From NCBI GenBank assembly GCA_965227775.1, contig OZ245777.1, forward strand, positions 928,001 through 992,000: DNA of 64,000 nucleotides. Reading direction: 5' to 3'. The stretch's first letter is position 1. Each line of letters begins with the position of its first letter. A program made the translations under genes and the position numbers. This DNA comes from Phycisphaerales bacterium (lineage in GTDB: Bacteria > Planctomycetota > Phycisphaerae > Phycisphaerales > UBA1924). Under the pieces are notes generated by a model that worked only from the letters and a program-made list of their open reading frames with translations, made no database searches and was not told where the DNA came from. This document shows, one piece after another, positions 59,708-64,000 of the stretch.

Positions 59708-61135
59708 ATGCTCGGTCTGACAGGTCAGTTTGTCCCGGCAAGCCGCTGGGTGGTGGGCGTCGGCGTTGCAACGTCGGTGTGCATGGTCTCGCCGGTGATG
59801 GCTCAGCAGGGCGAGGTCGCTCGCCAGCGGCTCGAAGAGTCGCGCGAGGCGATCAAGAACCTTGAGACGCTGCAGTATGTTGGCACCGTCGATAGCGAGG
59901 GCCCGCTGCTGGGCATGATCGAGGAGCTCAACGCCATCGTCTGGATGCAGAAGGTGGGCGAGGGCGAGGCCGCGGGCTGGAACCACCGCCGCCAGGGCTC
60001 GACCTCGGTGCGCAACCCCGCGACGGGCAACACCGAGACGGTCGAGTTCGATGTGGTGCGCGACGGACCCAACGTGACCTACATCGCCCACGACCTGCGG
60101 ACCGTGTACGAGCGGTTCCACCGGGCCGCGCGGCACCGCAGCATTACCGTCGCGCAGACGGGCTGGATCGGCGAGTTCGCCGCCGACGCACCATTCGAGC
60201 GTGAGCTGACGCTGCCCGAGGTGACCCTGACGCTCGAGATCGGCGGCGACACCGTCGAGGGCGACGTGTGCGACGTGGTCGAGGTCTCCTATGGCGACCA
60301 GCGGCAGGTGGTCCGCTGGTCGATCAGTCAGGAGACCGACCTGCCCCGCCGCAAGCACACGCGTCTGGGCACCGACAACATGCAGACGTACACGATCACG
60401 AACATCGCGGTCGATGACGAGCTGCCCGAAGACATCTTCAAGCTGCCCATCCCTGAGGGGTACGCCAGGAACACGACGGTTCGTCGCACTGCGCGAGAGG
60501 TTGGCGCGCCCACCGCGGTGCCCAGCTACCCATCGGCCAAGCCCTTTACGGTGACCATCGCCGAGGGCCCGGGCAAGGGCGAAGAGGTGAGCCTCGAGAG
60601 CCTGAGGGGCAATGTGGTGATCCTCGACTTCTGGACCGGCTGGTCGAGCACGTCGAAGGATTCTCGCGACGCCATCCAGGAGCTGGCCGACGATTTTGCT
60701 GACGAGCCCGTCAAGGTGCTGAGCATGACATGGCGCGAGCGCGGCCGCCCGAAGGCCGGCATTGACGCCTGGCGCGCCAGCGACGCGACCTATCCGCTCG
60801 TAACTGGCGCCGATGCGGTCGCGCTCGAGTACGCCGTCAGCAGCTTCCCCACGGTGTTTGTCATCACAAAGGACGGCAAGCAGGTGCTCATGATGTCGGA
60901 GTACAACGAGGAGACCTTCAAGAGCAGCATTGCCGAGGCGGTGCAGAAGGCCCTCGACGGCGGCTTCGATGCCGGCGCCACGACCACGACGACGCAGATT
61001 GGCGGCAATCAGTCGGGTGGTAACCAGGGCAACGGCAACCAGACCACCGAAGAGGGTGGCAACCAGTCTGGCGGCAACCAGTCTGGTGGCACTCAGGGGA
61101 ACGGCAACCAAGGGAACGGGAACCGGCCCCAGTAA
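59708..61135 (+). CDS. Secreted LolA-like + thioredoxin-fold (TlpA-like) protein with G/N/Q-rich tail
   Basis: AAGGAGG RBS; VSLESLRGNVVILDFW, FPTVFVI; ELPEDIFKLPIPEG. Confidence 0.75.
   Translation: MLGLTGQFVPASRWVVGVGVATSVCMVSPVMAQQGEVARQRLEESREAIKNLETLQYVGTVDSEGPLLGMIEELNAIVWMQKVGEGEAAGWNHRRQGSTSVRNPATGNTETVEFDVVRDGPNVTYIAHDLRTVYERFHRAARHRSITVAQTGWIGEFAADAPFERELTLPEVTLTLEIGGDTVEGDVCDVVEVSYGDQRQVVRWSISQETDLPRRKHTRLGTDNMQTYTITNIAVDDELPEDIFKLPIPEGYARNTTVRRTAREVGAPTAVPSYPSAKPFTVTIAEGPGKGEEVSLESLRGNVVILDFWTGWSSTSKDSRDAIQELADDFADEPVKVLSMTWRERGRPKAGIDAWRASDATYPLVTGADAVALEYAVSSFPTVFVITKDGKQVLMMSEYNEETFKSSIAEAVQKALDGGFDAGATTTTTQIGGNQSGGNQGNGNQTTEEGGNQSGGNQSGGTQGNGNQGNGNRPQ
61001..61123 (+). repeat. 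Coding low-complexity repeat (GGNQS/GNGNQ)
   Basis: Multiple ggcaaccag units. Confidence 0.7.
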
Positions 61136-61163
61136 GCCTGACACTCTTGGCTCGTGAACAACT

Positions 61164-61206
61164 GAAAACGCCCGCGGCCGGAGTCGGTCGCGGGCGTTGT
61201 TCTTTC
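61164..61206. terminator. Bidirectional terminator
   Basis: aacgcccgcggccg-gagt-cggtcgcgggcgtt flanked by A and T runs. Confidence 0.75.
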
Positions 61207-61222
61207 GTACTGCGAAGTGTGC

Positions 61223-63964
<2,742 letters not shown>

Positions 63965-64000
63965 CGGCATCGCGTCCTATACTCGGCTTTTGGTTGGATA

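Overview
GC-rich bacterial chromosome segment. It is most likely Planctomycetota/Phycisphaerales, inferred from the GC-type dockerin tails, PAP-variant PEP-CTERM tails and CxxC zinc-ribbon membrane protein. Housekeeping genes include argS, parB with two parS-like sites, a DciA-like gene, holA, clpC, lpdA, glyQS, der, truA, phhA and ppdK. They are interleaved with 14 genes for secreted proteins carrying a dockerin-like double Ca-loop module. The most notable element is a compact, apparently intact 5.1-kb phage-head operon at 46145-51213 (portal, scaffold, major capsid, adaptor-like, two small genes, holin-like). It has no recognisable integrase, terminase, replication or tape-measure gene and sits next to der, so it is a candidate domesticated GTA-like or capsid system. 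Other highlights: two tandem paralog pairs with the same passenger domain on either a PEP-CTERM-like or a dockerin tail, and an H-NS/histone-like basic protein next to parB. All family assignments are by visual motif recognition; no searches were run.
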